64,000 nucleotides of DNA from an uncultured Prochlorococcus sp. (GCA_902571145.1 CACGAP010000005.1:3306-67305); one strand, 5' to 3'. Shown: positions 1 through 9,533, counted from the first letter of the stretch. Notes: generated by a model not told the origin, from the sequence alone. Numbers and translations are program-made.

Positions 1-1556
1 CGCTAAAAAAATATAAACCTCTTGAAATAATTAATACTTTTTTACTTGATGGAATGAAAGTTGTAGGAGATTTATTTGGTTCAGGTCAAATGCAATTGCC
101 ATTTGTACTTCAATCAGCAGAAACAATGAAATTTGCTGTTTCAATTTTAGAACCATATATGGAAACTGTAGATGAAAACATATCAAATGGAAAACTCTTA
201 ATTGCAACTGTCAAAGGCGATGTTCATGATATTGGAAAAAATTTGGTAGACATAATACTTACAAATAATGGTTATGACGTAATAAATCTTGGAATAAAGC
301 AAGATGTTTCAGCAATTATAGATGCACAAAAAAAGCACAATGCAGATTGCATCGCTATGAGTGGATTACTTGTTAAATCAACTGCTTTTATGAAAGATAA
401 TTTAGAAGCATTTAACAATGAAAATATTAGTGTACCAGTAATATTAGGAGGCGCAGCCTTAACCCCAAAATTTGTAAATGAGGACTGCAGCAAAATATAT
501 AAAGGGAAAATATTGTACGGAAAAGACGCGTTCACTGATCTTAAATTTATGAATGAATATATGGATAATAAAAAAAAGGGTAATTGGTCAAATACTGAGG
601 GTTTCATTAACAATGAGGGTATAAATATTAATTTAGCCTCATCAAAATCCAACTCTCAAGCTGTAAAAAAATCAATATCTATGAATATAGAGACTTCTAA
701 ATTAAATTTAAAAGAAAATTTTATAAGATCTAAATTTATAGATGAAGAAGAACCAATTCAAGCCCCTTTCTTGGGAACGAAAGTCTTGAACGAAATTGAT
801 ATAGATTTAAATAAGTTAATTTTTTATTTAGATACAAAAGCTCTATTTAGCGGACAATGGCAAATAAAAAAAGGAAAAAACCAAAGCGTAGATGAATACA
901 ATAACTATTTGGATTCATATGCTAAACCATTGCTAGATAGATGGTTAGAGACAATTGTAGAAAAAAAACTTATTTCACCCAAAGCAGTTTATGGATATTT
1001 CAGATGCGGTAGAAAAGATAATAGTATTTTCTTATTTGATGATAAATCATTAAATAAAATTTCCGAATTTAATTTCCCAAGACAAAAATCCGGGAATAAT
1101 TTATGCATAGCTGATTTTTATTGCGATTTAAAAAAGGATAAACCGATAGATATATTTCCTATGCAGGCAGTAACGATGGGCGATATCGCTAGTGAATATT
1201 CTCAAAAATTATTTAAAGAAGATAAATATAGCGATTATTTATTATTCCATGGACTTACAGTGCAATTAGCAGAAGCTCTAGCTGAGTATGTTCATGCATT
1301 AATTCGTATTGAATGTGGTTTTAGGACTGAAGAACCAGACAAAAATAGAGAAATACTAGCTCAAAAATATAGAGGAGCTAGATATTCTTTTGGTTATCCT
1401 GCATGTCCAAAAGTATCTGATTCAAACATACAATTATCATTGTTGGATACAAAAAGAATAAGCTTGACCATGGATGAATCTGAACAACTTCATCCAGAAC
1501 AAAGTACTACAGCTATCATTTCACTGCACTCAAAAGCTAAATATTTCAGCGCTTAA
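1..1556 (+). CDS. metH: Cobalamin-dependent methionine synthase, C-terminal part (5' end outside window)
   Basis: B12-binding motif GDVHDIGKN, SGLLVKS, activation domain RYSFGYPACP; frame open from window start. Confidence 0.97.
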   Translation, partial: LKKYKPLEIINTFLLDGMKVVGDLFGSGQMQLPFVLQSAETMKFAVSILEPYMETVDENISNGKLLIATVKGDVHDIGKNLVDIILTNNGYDVINLGIKQDVSAIIDAQKKHNADCIAMSGLLVKSTAFMKDNLEAFNNENISVPVILGGAALTPKFVNEDCSKIYKGKILYGKDAFTDLKFMNEYMDNKKKGNWSNTEGFINNEGININLASSKSNSQAVKKSISMNIETSKLNLKENFIRSKFIDEEEPIQAPFLGTKVLNEIDIDLNKLIFYLDTKALFSGQWQIKKGKNQSVDEYNNYLDSYAKPLLDRWLETIVEKKLISPKAVYGYFRCGRKDNSIFLFDDKSLNKISEFNFPRQKSGNNLCIADFYCDLKKDKPIDIFPMQAVTMGDIASEYSQKLFKEDKYSDYLLFHGLTVQLAEALAEYVHALIRIECGFRTEEPDKNREILAQKYRGARYSFGYPACPKVSDSNIQLSLLDTKRISLTMDESEQLHPEQSTTAIISLHSKAKYFSA

Positions 1557-1565
1557 TCTAAATCT

Positions 1566-1784
1566 TTAGTTGTTTTCTAAATATTCAATAATTTCTTCTT
1601 GAAGTTCTTCCATCGTTTCATTATCACCTAAATCAAGTCCCTCACCCGCCGCGTCCTGTGTTAACTCAAGAAAATATGAAGCGCCATCACTAGATAAAAA
1701 TTCTAATGCAGAAGTTTCATCACTATCTTTAAAAGCTTCATAAAGTGCTTTAAATGCTATGTTTTCAGTAAAGTCCCAATCCAT
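1566..1784 (-). CDS. Acidic hypothetical protein, 72 aa
   Basis: ATG ORF filling the gap between metH and the next gene; no recognised motif. Confidence 0.75.
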   Translation of the reverse strand: MDWDFTENIAFKALYEAFKDSDETSALEFLSSDGASYFLELTQDAAGEGLDLGDNETMEELQEEIIEYLENN

Positions 1785-1883
1785 AATGAAAAAAACCTTA
1801 TTAGAATTATTACCTCTTTACCCCCCATACTCGTCAACCCTTTTTAAAGAAATGTTGGTGTTTTATTATTATTAAAAAAATCT

Positions 1884-2267
1884 ATGACCATAATTAATCA
1901 AAATCAGTTAAATGTCCTTGGAGAAAAAATTGAGATTTGTAGTTGCGCACCTATGACAGGGTGGTTTAGGGATGGATTTTGCAACTATGACAAGAATGAT
2001 GGAGGGAATCATTCCATATGTTGTGTGATGGATGATAATTTCCTGAAATATAGTAAATCACAAGGTAATGATTTAATTACTCCCATGCCTATTTATTCCT
2101 TCCCAGGACTAAAGGATGGTGATCATTGGTGTATTTGTCTTGATAGGTGGAAGCAAGCATTATTAGACGGTCTTGCACCAAAAGTCATATTAGAATCAAC
2201 TAATATTGTAGTCTTAGAATCAGTACCTCTTGAAAAATTGAAAGAATATCAATTTAATAAAAAGTAA
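1884..2267 (+). CDS. DUF2237 family protein
   Basis: NVLG..C...PMTGWFRDG.C, H..C, GNDL.TP...FPGLK.GD.WC.C..RW pattern. Confidence 0.9.
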   Translation: MTIINQNQLNVLGEKIEICSCAPMTGWFRDGFCNYDKNDGGNHSICCVMDDNFLKYSKSQGNDLITPMPIYSFPGLKDGDHWCICLDRWKQALLDGLAPKVILESTNIVVLESVPLEKLKEYQFNKK

Positions 2268-2315
2268 TTACAAGTTTATTTTTTTTTTTAAAATGGTTAT
2301 GATAAATTTTTTTTA

Positions 2316-3146
2316 ATGAGTTTAGAAATATATTGGAAAAAAGCATTAGAACAAACTCGATTATCAATTGATGATGAATCTTTATATCCTCTCAAAACTG
2401 ATATTATTACAAGAGATTTATATGAAAAAGACGACTTCATAATTAGGAAACTCGATACTTCAAAATTTATTAAAAAAAAAATTTATGGTCCTAAGCAAAA
2501 TCCGTTTTGTCCTTGGGAAAAGATACTAGAAATTGATAAAGTTGGTGATAATCATCAACTAATATTAAATAAGTACCCTGTACAAAAAGGTCATATTTTA
2601 CTTATAACAAATGAGTGGAAACCTCAAAATGGATGGATAGATATTAAAGATTGGAGAGCGATCCAACAAGTTAATAATGATACTAGTGGATTATGGTTTT
2701 TCAATAGTTCTCCAATTGCGGGAGCAAGTCAACCTCACAGGCATTTTCAACTTCTGCGTAGATCTAAAGGTGAGATATCATGCCCTAGAGAAAAGTGGTT
2801 TTTAGAGATGAACTCATGTCAAGATCTAGATAGTAAGCTTAAAAAAAATATTATTGTATCTAAATTTAATTTTTTAGAAAATCCATCATGTCTTTTTGAG
2901 TTTTACATAGAATTATGCAAGAAATTGGGACTTGGGGATCCTATTAATGATAAGAAACCAATATGTCCCTACAATATTTTAATAACTAATAAATGGATCG
3001 CTATTATAAAAAGAAAAAATGATCATATTCATGGTTTCAGTGTCAACGGTTTAGGATTTGCAGGATATCTACTAGTAACTGAAAATTCAAATATTAATTA
3101 TTTAAAGAAATTTGGCCCTGAAAAACTTCTAGAAAGTTTTGTTTGA
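2316..3146 (+). CDS. ATP adenylyltransferase / Ap4A phosphorylase (Apa2-like, HIT superfamily)
   Basis: LNKYPV..GH.LL and FFNSSPIAGASQPHRHFQ (HxHxQ) motifs. Confidence 0.9.
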   Translation: MSLEIYWKKALEQTRLSIDDESLYPLKTDIITRDLYEKDDFIIRKLDTSKFIKKKIYGPKQNPFCPWEKILEIDKVGDNHQLILNKYPVQKGHILLITNEWKPQNGWIDIKDWRAIQQVNNDTSGLWFFNSSPIAGASQPHRHFQLLRRSKGEISCPREKWFLEMNSCQDLDSKLKKNIIVSKFNFLENPSCLFEFYIELCKKLGLGDPINDKKPICPYNILITNKWIAIIKRKNDHIHGFSVNGLGFAGYLLVTENSNINYLKKFGPEKLLESFV

Positions 3147-3149
3147 ATA

Positions 3150-3329
3150 CTAATTAGTTACCTCAACTTCCTTATCCCTGCTTATTTGGCTTTCTAGAAC
3201 TTCTATAGATGCTGTTACAGATGCAATTTTACGTTCAAGGGAGTCCTTAATATAATTGAGCATTTCTAATTTCTTGTGTTGATAAAAACTCTTTTTTTCT
3301 TTAGATGACTTGAAATAACAATTAAACAT
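3150..3329 (-). CDS. Small coiled-coil hypothetical protein, 59 aa (not in ORF track)
   Basis: Read manually: MFNCYFKSSKEKKSFYQHKKLEMLNYIKDSLERKIASVTASIEVLESQISRDKEVEVTN*; fills the gap exactly. Confidence 0.65.
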   Translation of the reverse strand: MFNCYFKSSKEKKSFYQHKKLEMLNYIKDSLERKIASVTASIEVLESQISRDKEVEVTN

Positions 3330-3476
3330 TTTTTTTTGTTTTTATTATAAAAAGATACTTAATTGACTTGTGACATAAAAATAAATGGGTTTTAATTTAA
3401 AAACAATATTCCTTATGGACTTTCAATTTTTTTTGAATAAAATTAAATAAATTCCATACTCTTCAAGAAAATATTA

Positions 3477-4487
3477 TTGAATATTCCTGAAAGTTCAAAT
3501 ACAAAAAGAATTTCAATTGATTTACCAGAGGAACTAATTTCCAGGTTTGATCAATTACGAAAAGAGTGGGGATTTAGAGCAAGAGGACCTGTAATAGAAA
3601 AGATACTTAAAGAACTTCTTCAAGAAGATGATTTACTACCTAAGAACCAACAGCAAGAAATAGACTTTAATGATAAGAATAATAATGAAAATTTAAATAT
3701 TGATGAAGATACTGCATTGGTATTAATTAAATCAGAAGTAAAAAAAGAAGTTAATGAGATATCTTTGAATAAAAGAAATACAAATAAAAATAAATATAAA
3801 GAAAAAGCCAACTCAAATATAAGCCTACCCAATTTCATTGAAAAAAAAGTAAAGAATCTAAGAAGAAGTATTAATAGTGAAAAATTAATGGAGAATATTA
3901 ATGATATTCAAATTAATACAATCAAAGAAACTGAATTAATAAAATGTCGAATTGAGTTAATTAGTCATTGGAAAACCTTATATGGATCAGTTCCTAATGA
4001 CCATATTGTAGAAGCTTCAATGGATTGGTTTGAAAGGGATATATGGCCAAATCTTGATGGAACTGAAAATCTACCCTTTACCTGGAGTGCAGCCAATAAA
4101 TTAATGTCAGAATTATGCCCATTTTGGAAAAAGAAAAATCCATCACTTGAAATTGTTTTATTAATGATTGGCGTTTTAGAAGACCCTTTTGCTACATCAG
4201 ATCTGATAAATAAAATACCAACACTTATGAGAAGGTTTGTAAGTAGATTTAAGCGAAATAATAGATCAAATTCATTTGAAACTTTGGACTCAACAATGAC
4301 AGTACATGGAGCACTTAAATTATTGAATTTATCAACATCAGCAGGATCAGCTCATACATTCCGTAAAATTAGGGAGGCCTATAAATCAATAGCCTTAGAG
4401 ACACATCCAGATGCTGGAGGATCAACAGATCAAATGAGAAAATTAAATGAAGCGTATCAATTGCTAAAAAATCTATATAGAGATTAG
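3477..4487 (+). CDS. N-terminal ribbon-helix-helix (CopG-like) domain plus C-terminal DnaJ J-domain protein
   Basis: KRISIDLPEELISRFDQLRKEWG..RGPVIEKILKELL (RHH pattern); IREAYKSIALETHPDAGGSTDQMRKLNEAYQLL (HPD J-domain). Confidence 0.85.
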   Translation: MNIPESSNTKRISIDLPEELISRFDQLRKEWGFRARGPVIEKILKELLQEDDLLPKNQQQEIDFNDKNNNENLNIDEDTALVLIKSEVKKEVNEISLNKRNTNKNKYKEKANSNISLPNFIEKKVKNLRRSINSEKLMENINDIQINTIKETELIKCRIELISHWKTLYGSVPNDHIVEASMDWFERDIWPNLDGTENLPFTWSAANKLMSELCPFWKKKNPSLEIVLLMIGVLEDPFATSDLINKIPTLMRRFVSRFKRNNRSNSFETLDSTMTVHGALKLLNLSTSAGSAHTFRKIREAYKSIALETHPDAGGSTDQMRKLNEAYQLLKNLYRD

Positions 4488-4544
4488 TATAGCAATTCTC
4501 ATATAAGACTAATTAAAAGTCTAATTAATAGTCTCATATAAGAC
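4487..4544 (+). repeat. Module A: box TTCTCATATAAGAC (4496-4509) - N9 - GTCTA - N7 - box GTCTCATATAAGAC (4531-4544)
   Basis: Read directly; 47/58 identical to module B by manual alignment. Confidence 0.85.
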
Positions 4545-4662
4545 AGCTGTTAAGATTAAAATTTTTAATTTTAATCAATTATTTTTATTCAAATTTATGA
4601 AAGCAAAAATTATGTATGAATGAAATTAAGATAGAATTTACTATTAAAATGAAAATTTATTT

Positions 4663-4720
4663 GTATAGAAATTCTTAAATAAGACTTATTATTAGTCTAT
4701 TATATAGTCTCATATCAGAT
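4663..4720 (+). repeat. Module B: box TTCTTAAATAAGAC (4672-4685) - N9 - GTCTA - N7 - box GTCTCATATCAGAT (4707-4720)
   Basis: Ungapped direct repeat of module A, 176 bp downstream, same 35-bp box spacing. Confidence 0.85.
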
Positions 4721-4886
4721 AAATAAGATAATTAAATTAATCGATTTGAATATATCATGGCCAAAATGCTTAATTCCTGGGAAAAATTAAAAATTGAATA
4801 ATAAATAAATAAATTATGTCCTTTCAATGTCCAAGAAATTAATAAGGCCTAGAAAGTATTGCCATAAGGACTTTTTATGAGTTCCC

Positions 4887-4907
4887 GTACTGCCTTATAG
4901 ACAGTAC
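4887..4907. other. Palindrome/hairpin GTACTG-CCTTATAGA-CAGTAC at the 3' end of the 86-aa gene
   Basis: 6-bp perfect arms (9-bp stem with one G.U on the minus strand); no adjacent U-tract on the minus strand. Confidence 0.6.
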
Positions 4908-5167
4908 TACCTAGATTGAAGCTTTTCAATGGCAGTTTGTTTATCAATGCTAGGAATATCACTTAATCCGTTAGCATCAAACCAAGGGGCGCTAGCCCAA
5001 TCAAATCCTTCGCCAAAAGTATTATCTGGTGCAGTTACATACCAGTGACATGATGCATCAGGCATGTCAACAGCACATTTTGACCAATCATCTGACCACT
5101 GAGGTACTTGTACCCACAGTAATGAAGATAGAAGTAGAGATAGCAGATTGATCATGAACTTAATCAT
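4907..5167 (-). CDS. Trp/Asp-rich, probably exported hypothetical protein (82-86 aa)
   Basis: Hydrophobic N-terminus, two Cys, WVQVPQWSDDWSKC...CHWY...FGEGFDW. Confidence 0.8.
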   Translation of the reverse strand: MIKFMINLLSLLLSSLLWVQVPQWSDDWSKCAVDMPDASCHWYVTAPDNTFGEGFDWASAPWFDANGLSDIPSIDKQTAIEKLQSR

Positions 5168-5198
5168 ACAACATTAATTACATTTATAGGATTATTAA

Positions 5199-5251
5199 GT
5201 ATCTTATTTAAGAATTATATTTAGACCAGTTTATAGTCTCATATAAGATTA
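5199..5251 (-). repeat. Module C (inverted): minus strand ATCTTATATGAGAC - N9 - GTCTA - N7 - TTCTTAAATAAGAT (boxes 5236-5249 and 5201-5214)
   Basis: Same architecture and 35-bp spacing as modules A and B, opposite orientation. Confidence 0.8.
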
Positions 5252-5260
5252 GAAATACAA

Positions 5261-7705
5261 TTAATTCCTCAATTTAGTGTTAAAAGATTTTTCAATATTA
5301 GAAATGATATTTGAATGTATTAATGTAATGTCCGAGTCCAGTAATGTTTTATCTTTATCTCTATAAGATAATCTAAATGTATAACTTATATGATCATCTC
5401 CAAATTTAGTATCTTCGAAAACATCAAGTAAATTTACATCCTCTAAGAGATTCTTTCCTGTTTTTCTTATTTGTGATGTTATTTCGCTAATTAAAAATTT
5501 CTTACTGAAAACAAAATTTATATCCCTTTCCATTTTCGGAACAATTGGGTATTGCTTATATATTGGAATCCATTTATTTTTTCTTGTACTAGCTCCCAAG
5601 AGGTTAGAAACATTTATGCTAAATAAATAAACTTTTCTTAATGACTTCTTTTCTAATATAAGTTTGGGATGTATTTCACCAAAATAACCTGCATCTTTCC
5701 CTTCAATAACTAATTTTGCTGTTCTGCCTGGGTGAAGAAAATCAAATGAATCATTAGGTTTATCATCAATTTTTATGTTCAAAGATGATAAAGCTTCCTT
5801 TAACTTTCCTCTAGCTTGGTAATAATTAAGATCGTTATCCTTACTCGAATTTGTCCATTTTCCAAATTTTTTATTTCCATAAATCGCACCATTCAAAACT
5901 TCTTCTTGAATGAACTCAGTTTTCTTTTGAAAAACATTTCCAAATTCAAATATATAACAACTTGCTTGTCCAGCTTTTATATTACGGTTCACTATCTCCA
6001 AATGTTCTTTCCAGATATTATCTCTAAGACAGCTTGTTTCTAATAACAAAGGATTAGAAATCTTTATAAGTTTTTCATCATCTTCAGGAACAAGAGAGTA
6101 GCTTAGTACCTCGTTAAAACCATTTTCTATAAAACTATTTTTTACTTTTCTCAATGCCAACTGTTCTGATGACAATTTTCCTGGCTTAATTGGATTAGGA
6201 AGTTTTAAGTCGAATCTGTCATACCCTATTAATCTAGCTATTTCTTCAATTAAATCTATTTCTCTTGTTAAATCATGTGATCTATTAGGAATTACTGCTA
6301 CATCCCAGCCATATTCTTTATTCTTTAAAGTACAACCTATGAGTGTTAATTTATCAACTATTTCAATATCAGATAAATTTCTTTTTTCAAGCTTATTGTT
6401 AATTATTAATGGACCAAGAATTTTATGTATTCGATTTCTTCGTAGTTTAATAAATATATCCTCATTACTTATTAAATTTGAAGTATTGATGATTGGTGAA
6501 TTAATAGAAAAATATTTTTCTAAAAGATTAATTGCCCTAGTAACTGCACTTATTGTATTTTTGGATGAAATCCCTTTTTCATACCTACTGCTAGATTCTG
6601 TTCTTATACCAACAGCCTTGGAGGATTTTCTTATAGTAACTGGATTAAAAACAGCGCCTTCAAGGTAAATAGATGAGGTAGTATTATTTACAGAAGTCTC
6701 TAACCCCCCTATAACACCAGCAATAGCTACTGGTTTATCACAACAAGTAATAACTGTGATATTGTCATTTAAATCATATTCTTTACCATCTAAACAAATA
6801 AGGCTTTCGTTATCCTTGCCTTTTCTTACAGAGAAATCTTCTGGAGAAACTTCCTTACCAATTAAGTTTGACAGTTTATCTTTATCAAAGGCATGCAAAG
6901 GTTGACCTTGTTCTAAAAGAATATAATTTGTCAAATCAACTAGAAGATTAATAGATTTTATACCAGATTTTTCTATACGGTCTTTAAGCCAATTTGGCGA
7001 TAATTTCTCTCCATTTACTCCATCAATGCAGCTTACTGTATAAATGCAATTAGATTCTATAGCCTCTGGACAAAGTTTAATTCCCTTAAGTAAATGAATA
7101 TTGTATTTATGGTTTAATTCTGGAAAATTTAAGGTTGATTCTAAAAGGGCAGAAATTTCACGGGCTATACCTATAACAGACATTCCATCAGGTCTATTAG
7201 CTGTAATTGCTAAATCATATATAAAATCATTTAATTGAAGCAAGTCAGACCCTGGAGTGCCCAATTGATGTTTCAGGGCCAAATCTTCATCAATGATCTC
7301 AATCCCTTCGCTGGAGTCCTCTAAGCCCAGTTCCTGCAGTGAACATATCATTCCTTCACTCATGACACCTCTAATTTCACTTCTTTTAATAGTTAAATCA
7401 ACTGCATTTAATTTCGCGCCGACAGTAGCAACATAAACATAAATATTTGGTTTAATATTGCGCGCACCACAGATAATTTGTAAATTCTTTGAATTACCAA
7501 TATCGACTTGGCAAATTGAAAGTTTGTCAGATCCTTCGTGTTTTAAAACAGATAATACCTTACCTAAAACAACACCATTTACATTTTTTGAACAATCTTC
7601 TAATGATTCAACCTCAAATCCGCCAATAGACAATTTCTCAGAGAGCTCTTCTGGAGTAGAAGTAATTTCTACTAAATTTTTCAACCAATTTTGAGAAACT
7701 TTCAT
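5261..7705 (-). CDS. pheT: Phenylalanine--tRNA ligase beta subunit
   Basis: MKVSQNWL, QIICGA.N, ITANRPD.MS..GIARE, REIDLIEEIARLIGYD, C-terminal anticodon-binding domain. Confidence 0.98.
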   Translation of the reverse strand: MKVSQNWLKNLVEITSTPEELSEKLSIGGFEVESLEDCSKNVNGVVLGKVLSVLKHEGSDKLSICQVDIGNSKNLQIICGARNIKPNIYVYVATVGAKLNAVDLTIKRSEIRGVMSEGMICSLQELGLEDSSEGIEIIDEDLALKHQLGTPGSDLLQLNDFIYDLAITANRPDGMSVIGIAREISALLESTLNFPELNHKYNIHLLKGIKLCPEAIESNCIYTVSCIDGVNGEKLSPNWLKDRIEKSGIKSINLLVDLTNYILLEQGQPLHAFDKDKLSNLIGKEVSPEDFSVRKGKDNESLICLDGKEYDLNDNITVITCCDKPVAIAGVIGGLETSVNNTTSSIYLEGAVFNPVTIRKSSKAVGIRTESSSRYEKGISSKNTISAVTRAINLLEKYFSINSPIINTSNLISNEDIFIKLRRNRIHKILGPLIINNKLEKRNLSDIEIVDKLTLIGCTLKNKEYGWDVAVIPNRSHDLTREIDLIEEIARLIGYDRFDLKLPNPIKPGKLSSEQLALRKVKNSFIENGFNEVLSYSLVPEDDEKLIKISNPLLLETSCLRDNIWKEHLEIVNRNIKAGQASCYIFEFGNVFQKKTEFIQEEVLNGAIYGNKKFGKWTNSSKDNDLNYYQARGKLKEALSSLNIKIDDKPNDSFDFLHPGRTAKLVIEGKDAGYFGEIHPKLILEKKSLRKVYLFSINVSNLLGASTRKNKWIPIYKQYPIVPKMERDINFVFSKKFLISEITSQIRKTGKNLLEDVNLLDVFEDTKFGDDHISYTFRLSYRDKDKTLLDSDITLIHSNIISNIEKSFNTKLRN

Positions 7706-7806
7706 ATATATTTTTTAATCAATGATCATAAAAGAAATGAGTATATCTTCAAAAAAGTTTGTTGAAGATGTACAATAGAAAATTATACAATAAAGTATTA
7801 ATTAAA

Positions 7807-8001
7807 ATGGCAAAAAAAGGGACAAGAGTTGTAGTGACCCTGGAATGTACTGAAGCTAGGACAAGCACAGATCCTAAGAGATCAAATGGCGTCTCAAGAT
7901 ATACTACTGAAAAGAATCGTAGAAATACAACCGAAAGATTAGAACTAAAAAAGTTTAATCCTCATTTAAACAGAATGACAATTCACAAAGAAATTAAGTA
8001 A
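7807..8001 (+). CDS. rpmG: 50S ribosomal protein L33
   Basis: [16 protein letters not shown]...[21 protein letters not shown]; likely start ATG 7807. Confidence 0.97.
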   Translation: MAKKGTRVVVTLECTEARTSTDPKRSNGVSRYTTEKNRRNTTERLELKKFNPHLNRMTIHKEIK

Positions 8002-8013
8002 TCAAATCTAATC

Positions 8014-8235
8014 ATGCCTAATTCAATTTTCAAAAAACAATTATCACCTATCAAACCCGGAGATCCTATTGACTATAAGGATGTAGAACTACTAAAAAAA
8101 TTTATAACTGAGAGGGGCAAAATCCTACCAAGAAGAATGACAGGTTTAACTTCTAAGCAACAAAGAGATCTCACATTAGCTGTTAAGAGAGCCAGAATTG
8201 TAGCTCTTTTACCCTTCGTAAATCCTGAAGGATAA
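8014..8235 (+). CDS. rpsR: 30S ribosomal protein S18
   Basis: [26 protein letters not shown]. Confidence 0.98.
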   Translation: MPNSIFKKQLSPIKPGDPIDYKDVELLKKFITERGKILPRRMTGLTSKQQRDLTLAVKRARIVALLPFVNPEG

Positions 8236-8280
8236 TTTCATATTGAATATAGTTAGCACAATAATTAATATTTCAAATAT

Positions 8281-9465
8281 TTGAAAGATTTAACTAATTT
8301 AAAAACATATATTATTGACTCTGATGATCCACATGAAGTTGATGATGCTATCTCATTAGAAATAAAAGAAGGAAATAAAAAAAATTTATGGATACATATT
8401 AGTAATCCATGCAAACTCTTTTTGCATGACTCCAATGTTGATTTAAATGCAAGAAAGAGAAATAGCAGTTTGTATTTAATTGATCAATATGTCCCAATGC
8501 TACCTAAGGATATTCTTGAAAAGGCAAATCTAGCTCAAAATAAAGTTTCAGAAACTATTAGTGCAGCAATAGAATTCAATGATGATGGATCAATAAATAA
8601 ATATGAAATAACTGAAGCAATAATAAAACCAAAATATCAATTAACATATGAAGATGCAAATGAAATATTAGAAATAGAACCTAAAGAAGAAATAGAATTA
8701 ATTGAGATTAAAAATTTGTTAGAAAAAAGCATTACATTCAGAAAGAAACAAGGAGCAATTATTTTTGAAAGTCCTAATAATAAAATAAAATTATATGAGG
8801 ATAAAATTAAACTTACTAAATTAGAGAAAACAATATCACAAATTATAGTTGCAGAATCAATGATATTAATGGGTTATGTAACAAGTTTATTTATTAATAA
8901 ATATGATTTAGCGGCTGCTTTTAGGATTCAAAAAATAAACTGCAATCCATCTGAAATACTTACTAGATATAATGATAGTGATATTAAATATATAATATTA
9001 AAGCAATATATGGGAAGAAGTTACATAACTACTAAGCCAGGATTACATGAATCATTAGGCCTTAAAATGTATGTACAATGTACATCACCATTAAGGAGAT
9101 ATCTTGATTTAATTATACAAAGGCAAGTTTATAATAAAATTAATAATTACGAAGTTCTAAGTCAAGATTCAGTCTCTAAGATTATTGATTATTCAAAAAA
9201 TAGACAATCAGAGAATAATAATATAATTAAAAATGATAAATTTAAGTATTTAACATTATTTTTTAAGAATGAAAAAAAACCTTTTTATAAAATAATATTC
9301 GTCAAGTGGATTAATCATAAAAAAAATATTGCTTTGGTTTATTTTCCAGATTATTCACTAGAAATACTTATTACTTTTTTTGTATCAATAGAAATATATA
9401 GTAATAAAATATATAAAGTTAAATATATTATTAATGATAGTAATCTTTTAGAATTTATTTATTAA
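8281..9465 (+). CDS. RNase II/RNB-family exoribonuclease, essentially catalytic domain only
   Basis: IIDSDDPHEVDDAIS and GLHESLGLKMYVQCTSPLRRYLDL motifs; N-terminal cold-shock domains absent. Confidence 0.88.
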   Translation: MKDLTNLKTYIIDSDDPHEVDDAISLEIKEGNKKNLWIHISNPCKLFLHDSNVDLNARKRNSSLYLIDQYVPMLPKDILEKANLAQNKVSETISAAIEFNDDGSINKYEITEAIIKPKYQLTYEDANEILEIEPKEEIELIEIKNLLEKSITFRKKQGAIIFESPNNKIKLYEDKIKLTKLEKTISQIIVAESMILMGYVTSLFINKYDLAAAFRIQKINCNPSEILTRYNDSDIKYIILKQYMGRSYITTKPGLHESLGLKMYVQCTSPLRRYLDLIIQRQVYNKINNYEVLSQDSVSKIIDYSKNRQSENNNIIKNDKFKYLTLFFKNEKKPFYKIIFVKWINHKKNIALVYFPDYSLEILITFFVSIEIYSNKIYKVKYIINDSNLLEFIY

Positions 9466-9533
9466 TAAGATAATAAATATAATAGGTTGTTATTGGTTTA
9501 AAAAATATCTGTTAGTATTAATAAAAAAGCTTT

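Noticed and set aside
272-652. Antisense/shadow ORFs inside core genes (e.g. 272-652, 6339-6668, 20644-21000, 44240-44458, 52114-52368)
   Set aside because: Fully nested opposite well-supported genes, with no independent motifs
4857-4885. Canonical XerCD dif site
   Set aside because: Spacer between CATAA and TTATG is 7 bp, not 6, and the right arm does not match TTATGTTAAAT; kept only as a weak lead
4487-5251. Repeat modules as a CRISPR array or IS/MITE ends
   Set aside because: Too few units, irregular long gaps, mixed orientation, no cas or transposase gene, no target-site duplication seen
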